64,000 nt of DNA from Bacillota bacterium. GTDB lineage: Bacteria > Bacillota > Halanaerobiia > B1SED10-174. The notes beneath the pieces were generated by a model, which was given only the letters and a program-made list of their open reading frames with translations, was not told where the DNA came from and did not search any database. Below, in pieces: positions 10,984-20,782 of this stretch. The position numbers and the translations under genes are program-made. The stretch spans positions 6,170 to 70,169 of the forward strand of contig SKTZ01000014.1 of the NCBI GenBank assembly GCA_007122335.1. Reading direction: 5' to 3'. Numbering within the stretch: the first letter of the stretch is position 1; each line of letters begins with the position of its first letter.

Positions 10984-11759
10984 CCCTGGGGCAATATATT
11001 CTACGGGATTCATTGATTCACAGCCTTGATCCCCGAATGAAGATAATGATAACAATGCTCATTGTTATTGGACTTTTTTTCATCGGATCCTTCTGGGGTT
11101 TTTTGGTTGCCGCTGCCTATATCTTTACGATAATTGCCTTTTCTCACCTTTCCTGGAAAGTTGTTATCAGGGGCCTTAAACCTGTAATGTTTATTTTGAT
11201 TTTTACCCTGGTAATTCACCTTTTTTTCACCAGGGGTGGAGTTGTTCTTTTTGAGCTTGGTTTTTTGAGGATTGAAAGCGAGGGTCTTTTTACTGGCCTT
11301 TTTATGGCAGTTAGAATTATGCTTTTAATTAGCCTGACCTCCCTTTTAACATTGACCACATCGCCTATTCAGTTAACTGATGGGCTTGAATATTTGCTTA
11401 ATCCCTTTCGAAGGTTTGGATTGCCTGCCCATGAACTGGCAATGATGATGACTATTGCTCTTCGTTTTATTCCGACACTTTTGGAAGAGGCGGAAAAGAT
11501 AATGAAAGCTCAGCAGGCCCGTGGGGCAGACTTTGAATCCGGGAGTATTTTTAGAAGGGCTAAAAGTCTGGTGCCCCTTCTTGTTCCTTTGTTCCTCAGC
11601 GCCTTCCGGAGGGCAGATGACCTGGCAATGGCAATGGAAGCTCGTTGTTACAGGGGCGGAGAAGGGCGAACCAGGATGAAAGAACTTCACTTTTTGTCGC
11701 GGGACTGGCTGGCCCTTGGTTTCTCAGCGAGTTTTATTATCATTTTTATTATTCTTTAA
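10968..11759 (+). CDS. ecfT: ECF transporter transmembrane T subunit
   Basis: 263-aa polytopic membrane protein with an EcfT/CbiQ-like motif (ARGADFESG...). Confidence 0.88.
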   Translation: MLKNITLGQYILRDSLIHSLDPRMKIMITMLIVIGLFFIGSFWGFLVAAAYIFTIIAFSHLSWKVVIRGLKPVMFILIFTLVIHLFFTRGGVVLFELGFLRIESEGLFTGLFMAVRIMLLISLTSLLTLTTSPIQLTDGLEYLLNPFRRFGLPAHELAMMMTIALRFIPTLLEEAEKIMKAQQARGADFESGSIFRRAKSLVPLLVPLFLSAFRRADDLAMAMEARCYRGGEGRTRMKELHFLSRDWLALGFSASFIIIFIIL

Positions 11760-11771
11760 CAGGTGGGGTAA

Positions 11772-12509
11772 ATGTTTAAATACCGGGGAACTTTAGCTTA
11801 TGATGGGCGAAATTTATCAGGATGGCAGAGGCAGGCCAATACAGATAATACCATCCAGGAATGGATGGAAAGAGCAATTGCAAGAATTAGCCGGGAAAAA
11901 GTGCATGTCATCGGAGCAGGAAGAACTGATGCGGGTGTCCATGCGGAAGAACAGGTATTTCACTTTTCCCTTCGGGAGGAAATAGATGCCCGGAAGCTCC
12001 GGGGAGCAATTAACGGAAATATTCCCCGGGAAATCGCGGTCCTTTCTTTAGAGAGGACGGACAAAAACTTTCATGCTCTTCGTGATGCCCGGCAAAAATG
12101 GTATCGCTACCGGATTTTAAATCGCCCTGTTCGGTGCCCTTTGAGAGCTGGTTTTGTTCTTTTTTGCCCTTATCCGCTTGATCTTGAGTCCATGCAAAAA
12201 GGAGCTCAATTCCTTAAAGGAGAACATGATTTTGCTTCTTTTTGTGCTTCGCGAAGTGGTGCCAAAACCACCGTTCGCAACTTAAAAACTCTCGATTTTT
12301 TCCGTCAAGATGATGAGATCCATATTGATTTTATGGCCGAGGGCTTCCTTTATAAAATGGTCCGGAACATTACAGGGACACTGTTAGAAGTAGGTAGGGG
12401 CAAGTTACCCCCGGAATCTGCAGAAAAGATTTTGCAGGGGAGGGACCGGAGGTTTGCTGGGCCAACAGCACCCGGGTACGGCCTAATCCTGCTGAAAATT
12501 GATTACTGA
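11772..12509 (+). CDS. truA: tRNA pseudouridine(38-40) synthase
   Basis: 245-aa ORF with GAGRTDAGVHA, where the Asp is the catalytic residue. Conserved position after ecfT. Confidence 0.92.
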   Translation: MFKYRGTLAYDGRNLSGWQRQANTDNTIQEWMERAIARISREKVHVIGAGRTDAGVHAEEQVFHFSLREEIDARKLRGAINGNIPREIAVLSLERTDKNFHALRDARQKWYRYRILNRPVRCPLRAGFVLFCPYPLDLESMQKGAQFLKGEHDFASFCASRSGAKTTVRNLKTLDFFRQDDEIHIDFMAEGFLYKMVRNITGTLLEVGRGKLPPESAEKILQGRDRRFAGPTAPGYGLILLKIDY

Positions 12510-12526
12510 ATGAAAGGTTTGCAGGC

Positions 12527-12555
12527 TTGACAGTTTGTCCTTATTGTAATAAAAT
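12527..12555 (+). promoter_or_regulatory. sigma-A promoter for rplM-rpsI
   Basis: TTGACA at 12527-12532, a 17-nt spacer, and TAAAAT at 12550-12555. A roughly 70-nt leader follows before rplM, which may be the L13 leader. Confidence 0.6.
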
Positions 12556-12626
12556 ATCCTTTGGACGACTCATCCTTTCCTAGCCCCGGAAAAGGAGAGT
12601 ATCCGTGAAGATTGGAGGTAAATCGA

Positions 12627-13076
12627 ATGAAAACCTATATGCCCAAGGCAGAAGACATAGAACGTTCCTGGTATGTAGTCGATGCAACGGGAGTTCCTCT
12701 GGGACGCCTGGCTTCAGAAGTGGCGAAAATCCTTAGAGGGAAACACAAACCAACTTTTACTCCCCACCTGGATATGGGAGATTATGTAGTAATAACCAAC
12801 GCTGAAAAAGTTGTCCTTACCGGGAAAAAATGGGAAGAAAAAGTTTATTATCACCACAGCAATTATCCCGGTGGTTTGAAAGCCACCGTCTACAAAGAAA
12901 TGGCCAAGAAATTTCCCGAACGGGTTGTAGAACTTGCCGTTCGCAGGATGCTTCCCCAGAATAAATTGGGACGCAAAACCTTTAAAAAGCTGAAAGTTTA
13001 TCGGGGAGAAAATCATCCCCATGCCGGACAGAAACCCGAGACAATGGAAGTTCAGAAGTATAGAGAGGAGGAATAA
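12627..13076 (+). CDS. rplM: 50S ribosomal protein L13
   Basis: The ORF track begins at TTG 12612. ATG 12627 ([20 protein letters not shown]...) sits 8 nt after GGAGG. Sequence is canonical L13. Confidence 0.93.
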   Translation: MKTYMPKAEDIERSWYVVDATGVPLGRLASEVAKILRGKHKPTFTPHLDMGDYVVITNAEKVVLTGKKWEEKVYYHHSNYPGGLKATVYKEMAKKFPERVVELAVRRMLPQNKLGRKTFKKLKVYRGENHPHAGQKPETMEVQKYREEE

Positions 13077-13079
13077 ACT

Positions 13080-13472
13080 TTGCAAAGAGATTACTATATT
13101 GGAACCGGTCGTAGAAAAGAATCAGTTGCCCGCGTTCGCCTCCTCCCGGGTAAAGGGGAAATTAAGATCAACGGAAAACCTTCCCCCGAATACTTCCATC
13201 GAAAAGCCCTGGAAAAGATGATTATTCAACCCCTGGAGATTACTGGAACTGCTGGCAATTTTGACGTAATAGTAAAAGTTCAAGGTGGGGGAATTTCAGG
13301 CCAGGCTGGAGCAGTCCGACACGGAATCGCTCGGGCGCTGCTTGATGCTGACGAAGATTACAGGGTTCCCCTGAAAAAAGCAGGGATGCTTACCCGCGAT
13401 CCCCGCATGGTAGAAAGAAAAAAATACGGTTTGAAAAAAGCAAGGAAGGCTCCTCAATTCTCCAAGCGTTAA
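13080..13472 (+). CDS. rpsI: 30S ribosomal protein S9
   Basis: 130-aa ORF ending in the conserved S9 tail ([17 protein letters not shown]). Confidence 0.95.
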   Translation: MQRDYYIGTGRRKESVARVRLLPGKGEIKINGKPSPEYFHRKALEKMIIQPLEITGTAGNFDVIVKVQGGGISGQAGAVRHGIARALLDADEDYRVPLKKAGMLTRDPRMVERKKYGLKKARKAPQFSKR

Positions 13473-13480
13473 AAACAACA

Positions 13481-13517
13481 ATCCTGGTCGTTTATGGCCA
13501 GGATTTTTATTTTTTTC
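13481..13517 (+). terminator. rho-independent terminator after rpsI
   Basis: Hairpin ATCCTGG-loop-CCAGGAT at 13481-13504 followed by TTTTTATTTTTTT. Confidence 0.8.
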
Positions 13518-13550
13518 ACGCAGGGAAAAGGACCGGGAATGTCAAAATTC

Positions 13551-13579
13551 TTGCATAAAGGAAAATAATTATTTAAAAG
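13551..13579 (+). promoter_or_regulatory. candidate promoter for the AmmeMemoRadiSam operon
   Basis: TTGCAT at 13551-13556, a 17-nt spacer, and TAAAAG at 13574-13579 (a weak -10). A GGGAGGG ribosome-binding site follows before ATG 13607. Confidence 0.4.
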
Positions 13580-13606
13580 GTAAAAAAAATCAGGGAGGGA
13601 AATAAA

Positions 13607-14941
13607 ATGCCCTTGGAAATTGCGGCTTTAGCGCCCCACCCGCCCATAATAATTCCCGAAATCGGGGGTGGCGAAAGGAATAAAGTTGCGAAGACTATTG
13701 AATCAATGGAAGAATTGGCCAGAATTTTTGTAGGTAAAGAACTAGATGTCCTAGTAACGATAAGTCCCCATGGTCCTGTTTTTTCTGATGTAATCAGCAG
13801 TCTCCACGTGAATCCCATCAGGGGTTCTTTTGCTGCCTTTGGCCACCCCCAGGTTAGCCTGACGCTGGAGCTTGAAGAAACACTTAGTGAAAATATTAAC
13901 CGGGAAATGGAAAGAGAAAAAATACCTTTTCGAAAACTTAGAGAAGAAGACTGCAAACGTTTCAGGATAACCCCTGAACTGGACCACGGCGTCCTTGTCC
14001 CCTTATATTTTCTTCAGGAGCAGGGAATTGATTTGCCCCTGGTTCCACTGAACATGGGTCTTTTAACCTATGCAGAATTAATTCAAGCAGGAAATGTTCT
14101 GCAGAGAGTTTTCGCTGATTACCCTGCCCGGATCGGAGTTATTGCCAGCGGTGATTTGTCCCATCGCCTCACAAAAAATGCTCCTGCGGGTTATAGTCCT
14201 CAGGGGCGGGAATTTGATGAAAAGGTTATGGAAATAATTGAAGGGGGGAACCTTTTAGAGTTAAAAGACCTTGACCCGATTCTTGTAGAAAGAGCAGGTG
14301 AATGCGGGCTGCGGCCTCTTTTAATTCTTGCCGGTGTTCTTTCCGGCAAACCAGTAAAAAGCCAGGTGCTCTCCTATGAAGGACCATTTGGAGTTGGCTA
14401 TGGAGTTGCCTGTTTTACCGAGGGAAGTGCTGCCCCTCCGGGCCTGGCCAGAAAAGCAGTAGAAGCATACCTGGAAAAAAAGGAAGTAATAGAACCTCCT
14501 GCTGAGCTTCCGGACCTGTTTAAAGTAATGGCTGGAGCCTTTGTTTCTATTAAAAAGCTTGATGGGTCTTTGCGTGGCTGTATCGGCACCCTGGAGCCTA
14601 CCCAAAAAAATCTTGCCCAGGAAATAATCAGGAATGCCATCCAGTCTGCCTTCAAAGATCCCCGCTTTCCCCCAGTCAGTAAGATGGAAATGGAAGAACT
14701 TGTTTTTTCCGTTGATGTAATTCATCCACCTGAACCAGTAGATAGTATTGCCGACCTGGACCACAAAAAATACGGTGTTATTGTTGAGAAAGGCGGGAAA
14801 AAGGGAGTTTTACTCCCGGACCTGGAGGGAATTAATTCTGTAGAGGAACAGGTGGAAATTGCTAAAATGAAGGCTGGGCTGGGAGGAACTCCTGATGTTT
14901 TCCTGAAAAGGTTCCAGGTTGAAAGATATATACAGGAGTGA
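13607..14941 (+). CDS. fusion protein: LigB/Memo-like extradiol-dioxygenase-fold domain + AMMECR1 domain (AmmeMemoRadiSam components A and B fused)
   Basis: 444-aa single ORF. The N-terminal roughly 270 aa shows class-III extradiol dioxygenase / Memo-clan motifs (APHPPIIIPEIGGGER, VTISPHGP, ASGDLSHRL). The C-terminal roughly 170 aa carries the AMMECR1 hallmark SLRGCIGTLEP. It sits immediately upstream of the cognate radical SAM gene. Confidence 0.75.
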   Translation: MPLEIAALAPHPPIIIPEIGGGERNKVAKTIESMEELARIFVGKELDVLVTISPHGPVFSDVISSLHVNPIRGSFAAFGHPQVSLTLELEETLSENINREMEREKIPFRKLREEDCKRFRITPELDHGVLVPLYFLQEQGIDLPLVPLNMGLLTYAELIQAGNVLQRVFADYPARIGVIASGDLSHRLTKNAPAGYSPQGREFDEKVMEIIEGGNLLELKDLDPILVERAGECGLRPLLILAGVLSGKPVKSQVLSYEGPFGVGYGVACFTEGSAAPPGLARKAVEAYLEKKEVIEPPAELPDLFKVMAGAFVSIKKLDGSLRGCIGTLEPTQKNLAQEIIRNAIQSAFKDPRFPPVSKMEMEELVFSVDVIHPPEPVDSIADLDHKKYGVIVEKGGKKGVLLPDLEGINSVEEQVEIAKMKAGLGGTPDVFLKRFQVERYIQE

Positions 14942-15012
14942 ATAATTTTTTCTATCTCAGGCAGGAAGATGAAAAAATTGAGGGAATATAATAATGTTGG
15001 GAGGAAAAATCC

Positions 15013-15993
15013 TTGCAGGAATCAGCTTATTATAAGCGGGAAGATAAAGGGTTCCGCTGTGAATTGTGTCCTCAATCCTGCTTTCTTGATACGGGTGCTG
15101 TGGGTCTCTGTGGGGTTAGAAAAAACATGGGAGAAAAGGTTGTTGCCTTAAATTACGGGAAGATCGCAGCCCTTGCCCTGGATCCCATTGAAAAAAAACC
15201 CCTGTATCATTTTTTCCCGGGGTCACATATTCTTTCGGTGGGAACCTTCGGTTGCAATTTTAACTGTGGTTTCTGTCAGAACTGGGCACTTGCCCAGGGG
15301 CATGCTCCAACCCAGGATACAACATGCTGGGACCTTATCTCCCGGGTCCAGAGGCCGGACAATATTGGTCTGGCCTTTACCTATGCTGAACCCCTGATGT
15401 GGTATGAATTTATCCGGGATATGCTTCCCAGGCTCAAAGAAAAAGGGCAGAAAACGGTTCTGGTAACCAACGGTTATATTAATCCTGCTCCCTTAGAAGA
15501 AATTCTACCCTATATAGATGCTGTTAACATTGATATCAAAACTTTTTCCAGCGGAACCTATTTCCGCTATTGCCAGGGAAATTTAAACCGGGTTTTGAAA
15601 AATACCCTGCTTTTTGCCCGTAACTGCCACGTTGAAATTACCACGCTGATAATTCCAGGTGTAAACGATAGTAATGCTGAAATAGGACGCCTGGTTGAAT
15701 GGATTTCAGAAGAAATCGGTCCTGAAACCCCATTTCACCTTTCCCGCTATTTTCCCGCATACAAGTTTACCACTCCTCCTACCAGCATTAAAAAATTAGA
15801 AGAACTGTATCACCTGGCCGGGGAAAAACTATCCTATGTTTACCTGGGGAATATATCGGACTTTCGTTATCAACACACCTACTGTTCTCAATGTGGGTTT
15901 ACGGTTATTAAAAGAGGTTTCCAGGTTACAGTTGATCTATATAAAGGAAACACCTGCCCGGAATGCGGGCAGTCCATCAATATAATAAACTGA
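15013..15993 (+). CDS. AmmeMemoRadiSam system radical SAM enzyme
   Basis: 326-aa ORF with an N-terminal Cys-rich segment (CELCPQSC...GLCGVR) and a CNFNCGFC radical SAM CxxxCxxC motif. It resembles PFL-activase-like radical SAM enzymes and sits in the conserved position beside the AMMECR1 gene. Confidence 0.8.
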   Translation: MQESAYYKREDKGFRCELCPQSCFLDTGAVGLCGVRKNMGEKVVALNYGKIAALALDPIEKKPLYHFFPGSHILSVGTFGCNFNCGFCQNWALAQGHAPTQDTTCWDLISRVQRPDNIGLAFTYAEPLMWYEFIRDMLPRLKEKGQKTVLVTNGYINPAPLEEILPYIDAVNIDIKTFSSGTYFRYCQGNLNRVLKNTLLFARNCHVEITTLIIPGVNDSNAEIGRLVEWISEEIGPETPFHLSRYFPAYKFTTPPTSIKKLEELYHLAGEKLSYVYLGNISDFRYQHTYCSQCGFTVIKRGFQVTVDLYKGNTCPECGQSINIIN

Positions 15994-16005
15994 GGAGGGA
16001 CTTAT

Positions 16006-17322
16006 ATGAAACAAAAAGTTCTAATTATGGGTGCAGCCGGAAGGGATTTTCATAATTTTAACACCTATTTCCGTGACAATGAAGATTACGAGGTGGTTGC
16101 TTTTACCGCCACCCAGATCCCTGATATTCACGGAAGAAAATATCCGGGGACACTGGCTGGTCCCCTTTATCCTGACGGGATACCTATTTATGATGAATCT
16201 GAACTGGTCAGGCTGATTAAAGAAAAAGATGTTGACCAGGTTGTTTTTGCGTACAGTGATATTTCCCACAAAGAAGTTATGAACAAAGGTTCTGTTGTTA
16301 TGGCTGCAGGTGCTGATTTTAGACTTATGGGACCCAATACAACCATGCTCAAGGCCAATGTTCCGGTTGTCGCTGTTTGTGCGGTTAGAACCGGTGTTGG
16401 AAAAAGCCAGACAACCCGTCGGGTGGCAAAGATCATGCAGGATGAAGGGAAAAAGATAGTTATAATCCGCCATCCCATGCCTTACGGTGATCTTGCCAAG
16501 CAAACCTGCCAGCGTTTTGCAACCTACGAGGACCTGGACAAACATGACTGCACAATTGAAGAAAGGGAAGAGTACGAACCCCATATTGACAACGGTTTCG
16601 TTGTTTTTGCTGGTGTTGACTACCAGGAAATTCTCAAGCAAGCAGAAAAGGAAGCAGATGTTATCCTCTGGGATGGAGGGAATAACGACCTGCCATTTTA
16701 TCTTCCTGACCTGCACATTACCCTTGTTGATCCCCACCGCCCTGGAGATGAGCTGGCCTACTATCCCGGCGAGACTAACCTCCGCATGGCTGATGTAGTT
16801 GTAATTAACAAGATCGAGACCAGTTATCCCGAAAAGGTTGAAGAAGTCCGGGTAAATGTCCGAAAAGCCAACCCTGAAGCCATTGTTGTGGAAGCGGCTT
16901 CCCCGATTTTTGTGGAAAAATCAAAAGAACTTACCGGGAAAAGAGTTCTGGTTGTAGAAGATGGGCCAACTTTAACTCACGGGAACATGGCCTATGGAGC
17001 CGGAGCTATTGCAGCCCGGAAATACGGCGCCAGTGAACTGGTTGACCCCCGTCCCTATGCTGTGGGATCACTTGTTGATACATTTGAAAAATATAGTCAC
17101 CTTTCTGATATCCTGCCAGCGATGGGTTACGGCCGGAAGCAGATGGATGAACTGGAAGAAACTATTTCTCGGGCCGAAGCAGATGCAGTCCTTATTGGAA
17201 CTCCTATTGATCTTCGCCGCCTGGTAAAAATTGATAAGCCCGCTTACCGAGTTCGTTACGAATTACAGGAAATTGGTGAACCAAATCTCAAGGATATCAT
17301 TCTGGAACGAGTGCTCAAGTAA
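16006..17322 (+). CDS. cyclic 2,3-diphosphoglycerate synthetase-like P-loop protein
   Basis: 438-aa ORF starting 12 nt after the radical SAM gene. A central P-loop (VRTGVGKSQTT) and overall architecture recall archaeal cDPG synthetase (CpgS) homologues found in some Clostridia. The call is made from memory of the family and is not verified. Confidence 0.45.
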   Translation: MKQKVLIMGAAGRDFHNFNTYFRDNEDYEVVAFTATQIPDIHGRKYPGTLAGPLYPDGIPIYDESELVRLIKEKDVDQVVFAYSDISHKEVMNKGSVVMAAGADFRLMGPNTTMLKANVPVVAVCAVRTGVGKSQTTRRVAKIMQDEGKKIVIIRHPMPYGDLAKQTCQRFATYEDLDKHDCTIEEREEYEPHIDNGFVVFAGVDYQEILKQAEKEADVILWDGGNNDLPFYLPDLHITLVDPHRPGDELAYYPGETNLRMADVVVINKIETSYPEKVEEVRVNVRKANPEAIVVEAASPIFVEKSKELTGKRVLVVEDGPTLTHGNMAYGAGAIAARKYGASELVDPRPYAVGSLVDTFEKYSHLSDILPAMGYGRKQMDELEETISRAEADAVLIGTPIDLRRLVKIDKPAYRVRYELQEIGEPNLKDIILERVLK

Positions 17323-17323
17323 A

Positions 17324-17360
17324 GAAAAAACCCTGCAGCCCTTTGCTGCAGGGTTTTTCT
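17324..17360. terminator. bidirectional rho-independent terminator
   Basis: AAAGAAAAAA, then CCCTGCAGC-loop-GCTGCAGGG, then TTTTTCTT. It separates the + operon from the convergent aldo/keto reductase gene. Confidence 0.85.
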
Positions 17361-18319
17361 TAACTGAATTTCTTGACAGACCGGTTAATCCGTGCCATTA
17401 CATCTTCGGTTAGCATTTCTTTTACTGAAATTGCCTTAATATTTTCCTCGATCTGATCCTTGTTAGTGGCCCCGATTACAACTGAATTGACCTTTGAATT
17501 TTTTAAACACCAGGCTACTGCAAGTTTTGCCAGCGTACTATCCAGGCTATGGGCAATTTCTTTTAATTCATCGATAATTTTTAGATTTTTTTCCTCCAGA
17601 TAACCTTCCTGAGAAAGCCACTGGAATTTTCCAATTCGGCTTCCCTTAGGTATGCCCTCCTGGTATTTTCCGGTAAGAACACCTGCATAAAGGGCATAGT
17701 AGGTAGTTAGCCCCATCCCGTATTTGGGATATAGAGGTGCGTATTCTTCTTCAACTCGCTTGCGAGAAAAAATATTGTATTTAACCTGCTCAACCAGAGG
17801 AGGAACTGCATTTAACTCCCGGGCTGCGTTATGAGCCTTTTCGATCTGGCTTCGCGACCACTCGGAAGTTCCCCAGTATCGGATTTTGCCTTCATGGACA
17901 AGGTGATCCATGGCCCGAACGGTTTCATGAATGGAGGTATCAGGATCATAACCATGGCAGTAGAGAATATCTACATAATCAGTCTGCAATCGGCGCAGGC
18001 TATTATGAAGGCCGTCAACAATGTGCTTGTGGTTTAACCCTTTTTGACTGGGTTTTGTTCCTCCGTACATAACCTTGGTTCCGATGATAAATTGATCTCG
18101 CGGAATATAGCGCATCAGTTCGCCTATTATTAGTTCCGCCTTTCCCAGGCCGTACTGTTCGGAGGTGTCGATGTAGTTGATTCCCCCGTTCAATGCTGCC
18201 GCCAAACATTCTTTAATAGTGTGAAGGTTATCATGCTGGCAGAAGAAACTGTACTGAGAAGAGCCCAGGCCCAGGGCGCTGGCCTTTAATCCCGACCTTC
18301 CTAAAGAATTATAGTCCAT
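17360..18319 (-). CDS. aldo/keto reductase family oxidoreductase
   Basis: 319-aa ORF with AKR family motifs (NYIDTSEQYG, IIGTK, HGYDPD); Kv-beta-like subfamily. Confidence 0.85.
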   Translation of the reverse strand: MDYNSLGRSGLKASALGLGSSQYSFFCQHDNLHTIKECLAAALNGGINYIDTSEQYGLGKAELIIGELMRYIPRDQFIIGTKVMYGGTKPSQKGLNHKHIVDGLHNSLRRLQTDYVDILYCHGYDPDTSIHETVRAMDHLVHEGKIRYWGTSEWSRSQIEKAHNAARELNAVPPLVEQVKYNIFSRKRVEEEYAPLYPKYGMGLTTYYALYAGVLTGKYQEGIPKGSRIGKFQWLSQEGYLEEKNLKIIDELKEIAHSLDSTLAKLAVAWCLKNSKVNSVVIGATNKDQIEENIKAISVKEMLTEDVMARINRSVKKFS

Positions 18320-18518
18320 AACAGCCTCCTTTTTGCAGGTTATAATTTATCTTATTAACTAAAAATCCAAAAAATCCTGTTTCCACTTGTAAAACTTATT
18401 AAAGGGTTTGCCCATTTTTTAACGTAATTATAAGCAGAGGGTTTGTGAGAAAAAGGCATATGATCCAGAAGGACCTGGCCTTCTTGCATCAATACTATGA
18501 GGTGAGGAGTGATTTTTT

Positions 18519-19556
18519 TTGGCAAAAACCATGAAAGCATTAATGAAGAAAAAATCAGCAGTAGGGGCTTCTCTGGAAGAGGTGCCCCTTCCCAAGATCA
18601 AAAACGGGGAAGTCATGGTAAAAGTCAAGGCAGCAGCAATATGTGGAACAGATGGACACATCTATTCCTGGGATCGCTGGGCTGAATCCCGGATTAAACC
18701 CCCTCTGATTTTTGGGCATGAGTTTTGTGGGGAAATAGTGGAAGTTGGTTCCGAAGTAAAAGATTTAAAAGTAGGGACAAAGGTTTCTGCCGAAGGCCAT
18801 TTTATCTGCGGAAAATGTTTTTTCTGCAGGACAGGTCAGGGGCATATCTGCCAGGATGTAGAAATAATTGGGGTGGATACCGATGGCTGTTTTGCGGAGT
18901 ACGTGCGGGTTCCTGCTGAGAATATCTGGGTTATGGACCCCAGTATTCCCGAAGAAATAGCTGCCATCCAGGATCCGGTAGGAAATGCGGTCCATGCTGC
19001 TCTGATTGATGAAATTGTCGGAAACAATGTCCTGATAACAGGATGCGGACCCATTGGCCTGGCTGCAGTTGCTATCTGCCGGTTTGCAGGGGCCAGGAAG
19101 ATTTTTGCAACTGATGTTAACCAGTACCGCCTGGATCTGGCCAGGAAACTGGGTGCAGATTTTGCCTATAATGCGGTTGAAACAGACCTGGTTAAAGAAG
19201 TCTTGAAAGAAACCCATGGATTGGGCGCAGATGTTTTCCTGGAAATGGCGGGGAAAGAAAAAGCCATTAATGATGGTTTCAAGGCCCTGCGTAAGGGGGG
19301 CTGGATTTCTCTCCTGGGAATTACGGATGGGAATGTAAGTCTTGATATTAACGATGGGCTGGTTTTCAAGGGGGCCAAACTATACGGGATCAATGGGCGG
19401 CTTATGTATGATACCTGGTACAAAATGGAAGCCCTGCTTTTGTCGGGACTTGATTTAAAGCCCCTTGTTACCCACTCTTTTTCTTTTGAAGAATTTGAAA
19501 AGGCCTTTGACCTGGTTCTTTCCGGGTCGTGTGGCAAAGTAATATTATATCCGTAA
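18519..19556 (+). CDS. tdh: L-threonine 3-dehydrogenase
   Basis: 345-aa zinc-dependent MDR alcohol dehydrogenase (CGTDGH, GHEFCG, a Cys-rich structural-zinc loop). It lies upstream of kbl, the classic tdh-kbl pair. Confidence 0.88.
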   Translation: MAKTMKALMKKKSAVGASLEEVPLPKIKNGEVMVKVKAAAICGTDGHIYSWDRWAESRIKPPLIFGHEFCGEIVEVGSEVKDLKVGTKVSAEGHFICGKCFFCRTGQGHICQDVEIIGVDTDGCFAEYVRVPAENIWVMDPSIPEEIAAIQDPVGNAVHAALIDEIVGNNVLITGCGPIGLAAVAICRFAGARKIFATDVNQYRLDLARKLGADFAYNAVETDLVKEVLKETHGLGADVFLEMAGKEKAINDGFKALRKGGWISLLGITDGNVSLDINDGLVFKGAKLYGINGRLMYDTWYKMEALLLSGLDLKPLVTHSFSFEEFEKAFDLVLSGSCGKVILYP

Positions 19557-19568
19557 GGAGGATCCAAG

Positions 19569-20747
19569 ATGACACAGGAGAAAATGAATTTTATCGATCG
19601 TGAACTACAGGAATTAAAAGATGAAGGTCTATATAAGGATATTAAAACCCTGGAAGGAGCCCAGGGCGCATGGGTGCAGATTAAAGGAGAAAAGGTTCTG
19701 AATTTCTGTTCCAATAATTACCTTGGGTTTGCTGCTGATTCAAGGATAAAGGAAGCAACAAAAAAAGCAATTGATAAATACGGGGTTGGGCCGGGTGCAG
19801 TTAGAACCATAGCGGGCACAATGACCATTCACAAAGAACTGGAAGAAGAACTCGCCAGATTTAAAGGGGTAGAAGCCACTCTGGTTTTGCAATCCGGCTT
19901 TATGGCAAATCTTGCCGCCATTCCAGCCCTTGCTGATAAAGGCGATACAATTATTAGCGATGAGCTCAACCACGCCAGCATTATTGATGGATCCAGGTTG
20001 AGCCGGGCCAATAAAAAGGTTTATCCCCACAACGATATGGAGGGTTTGGAGAAAGTTCTCAAAGAAACCCCCGAAGGGAAAAAGCTGATAATTACCGATG
20101 GGGTTTTCAGTATGGATGGTGATATTGCTCCTCTCCCGGGAATAGTTGAACTGGCTGAAAAATACGGGGCAATGACCTTCGTGGATGATGCCCATGGGGA
20201 AGGGGTAGTTGGCCGGGATGGCCGGGGGATTGTGGATCACTTCAACCTGCATGGGCGGGTTGATGTGGAAGTTGGGACTTTTTCAAAAGCCCTGGGAGTT
20301 ATGGGAGGAGTAATTGCAGGAAGTAAAAAGCTGGTGGAATACCTGGTTCAGAAAGCCCGTCCCTTTACCTTCAGTTCTGCTCTGACAGTGCCTGATACTG
20401 CGGCAACTCTTGAAGCGGTCCGGATTCTTTCCGAGAGCGGTGAACTGGTTGAAAAACTCTGGGATAACGCCCGTTATTTCCAGGAAGGTATCAAGGAGAT
20501 TGGCCTGGATACAGGAGTAACTGAAACTCCGATTACACCTGTAATGATTGGTGAAGCCCATCAGGCTGCAGAATTCAGCAAAAAACTTCTGGAGGAGAAA
20601 ATATTTGCCCAGTCAATTGGATTTCCTCTTGTTCCCCGTGGAAAAGCCAGGATCAGGGTCATGATTTCAGCGACTCACAGTAAATCAGATCTTGACTTTG
20701 CCCTGGACAAATTCAGGAAAATAGGAAAAGAGCTGAAACTGGTTTAA
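19569..20747 (+). CDS. kbl: glycine C-acetyltransferase (2-amino-3-ketobutyrate CoA ligase)
   Basis: 392-aa PLP-dependent class-II aminotransferase (SNNYLGFA..., FSKALG with the Lys). Adjacent to tdh. Confidence 0.9.
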   Translation: MTQEKMNFIDRELQELKDEGLYKDIKTLEGAQGAWVQIKGEKVLNFCSNNYLGFAADSRIKEATKKAIDKYGVGPGAVRTIAGTMTIHKELEEELARFKGVEATLVLQSGFMANLAAIPALADKGDTIISDELNHASIIDGSRLSRANKKVYPHNDMEGLEKVLKETPEGKKLIITDGVFSMDGDIAPLPGIVELAEKYGAMTFVDDAHGEGVVGRDGRGIVDHFNLHGRVDVEVGTFSKALGVMGGVIAGSKKLVEYLVQKARPFTFSSALTVPDTAATLEAVRILSESGELVEKLWDNARYFQEGIKEIGLDTGVTETPITPVMIGEAHQAAEFSKKLLEEKIFAQSIGFPLVPRGKARIRVMISATHSKSDLDFALDKFRKIGKELKLV

Positions 20748-20782
20748 AAAAAAGCGGGGTCAATTTCGATCCCGCTTTTTTA
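20746..20782. terminator. bidirectional terminator between kbl and the convergent CPBP gene
   Basis: AAAAAAAA, then GCGGGG-loop-CCCGC, then TTTTTTAT. Confidence 0.75.

Noticed and set aside
13607-14941. Possibility that the 444-aa ORF is two adjacent genes (Memo-like and AMMECR1) merged by a frameshift
   Set aside because: The frame is continuous, with no internal stop or ribosome-binding-site-like sequence at the domain junction. It is treated as a genuine fusion, though a sequencing error cannot be excluded from the sequence alone.
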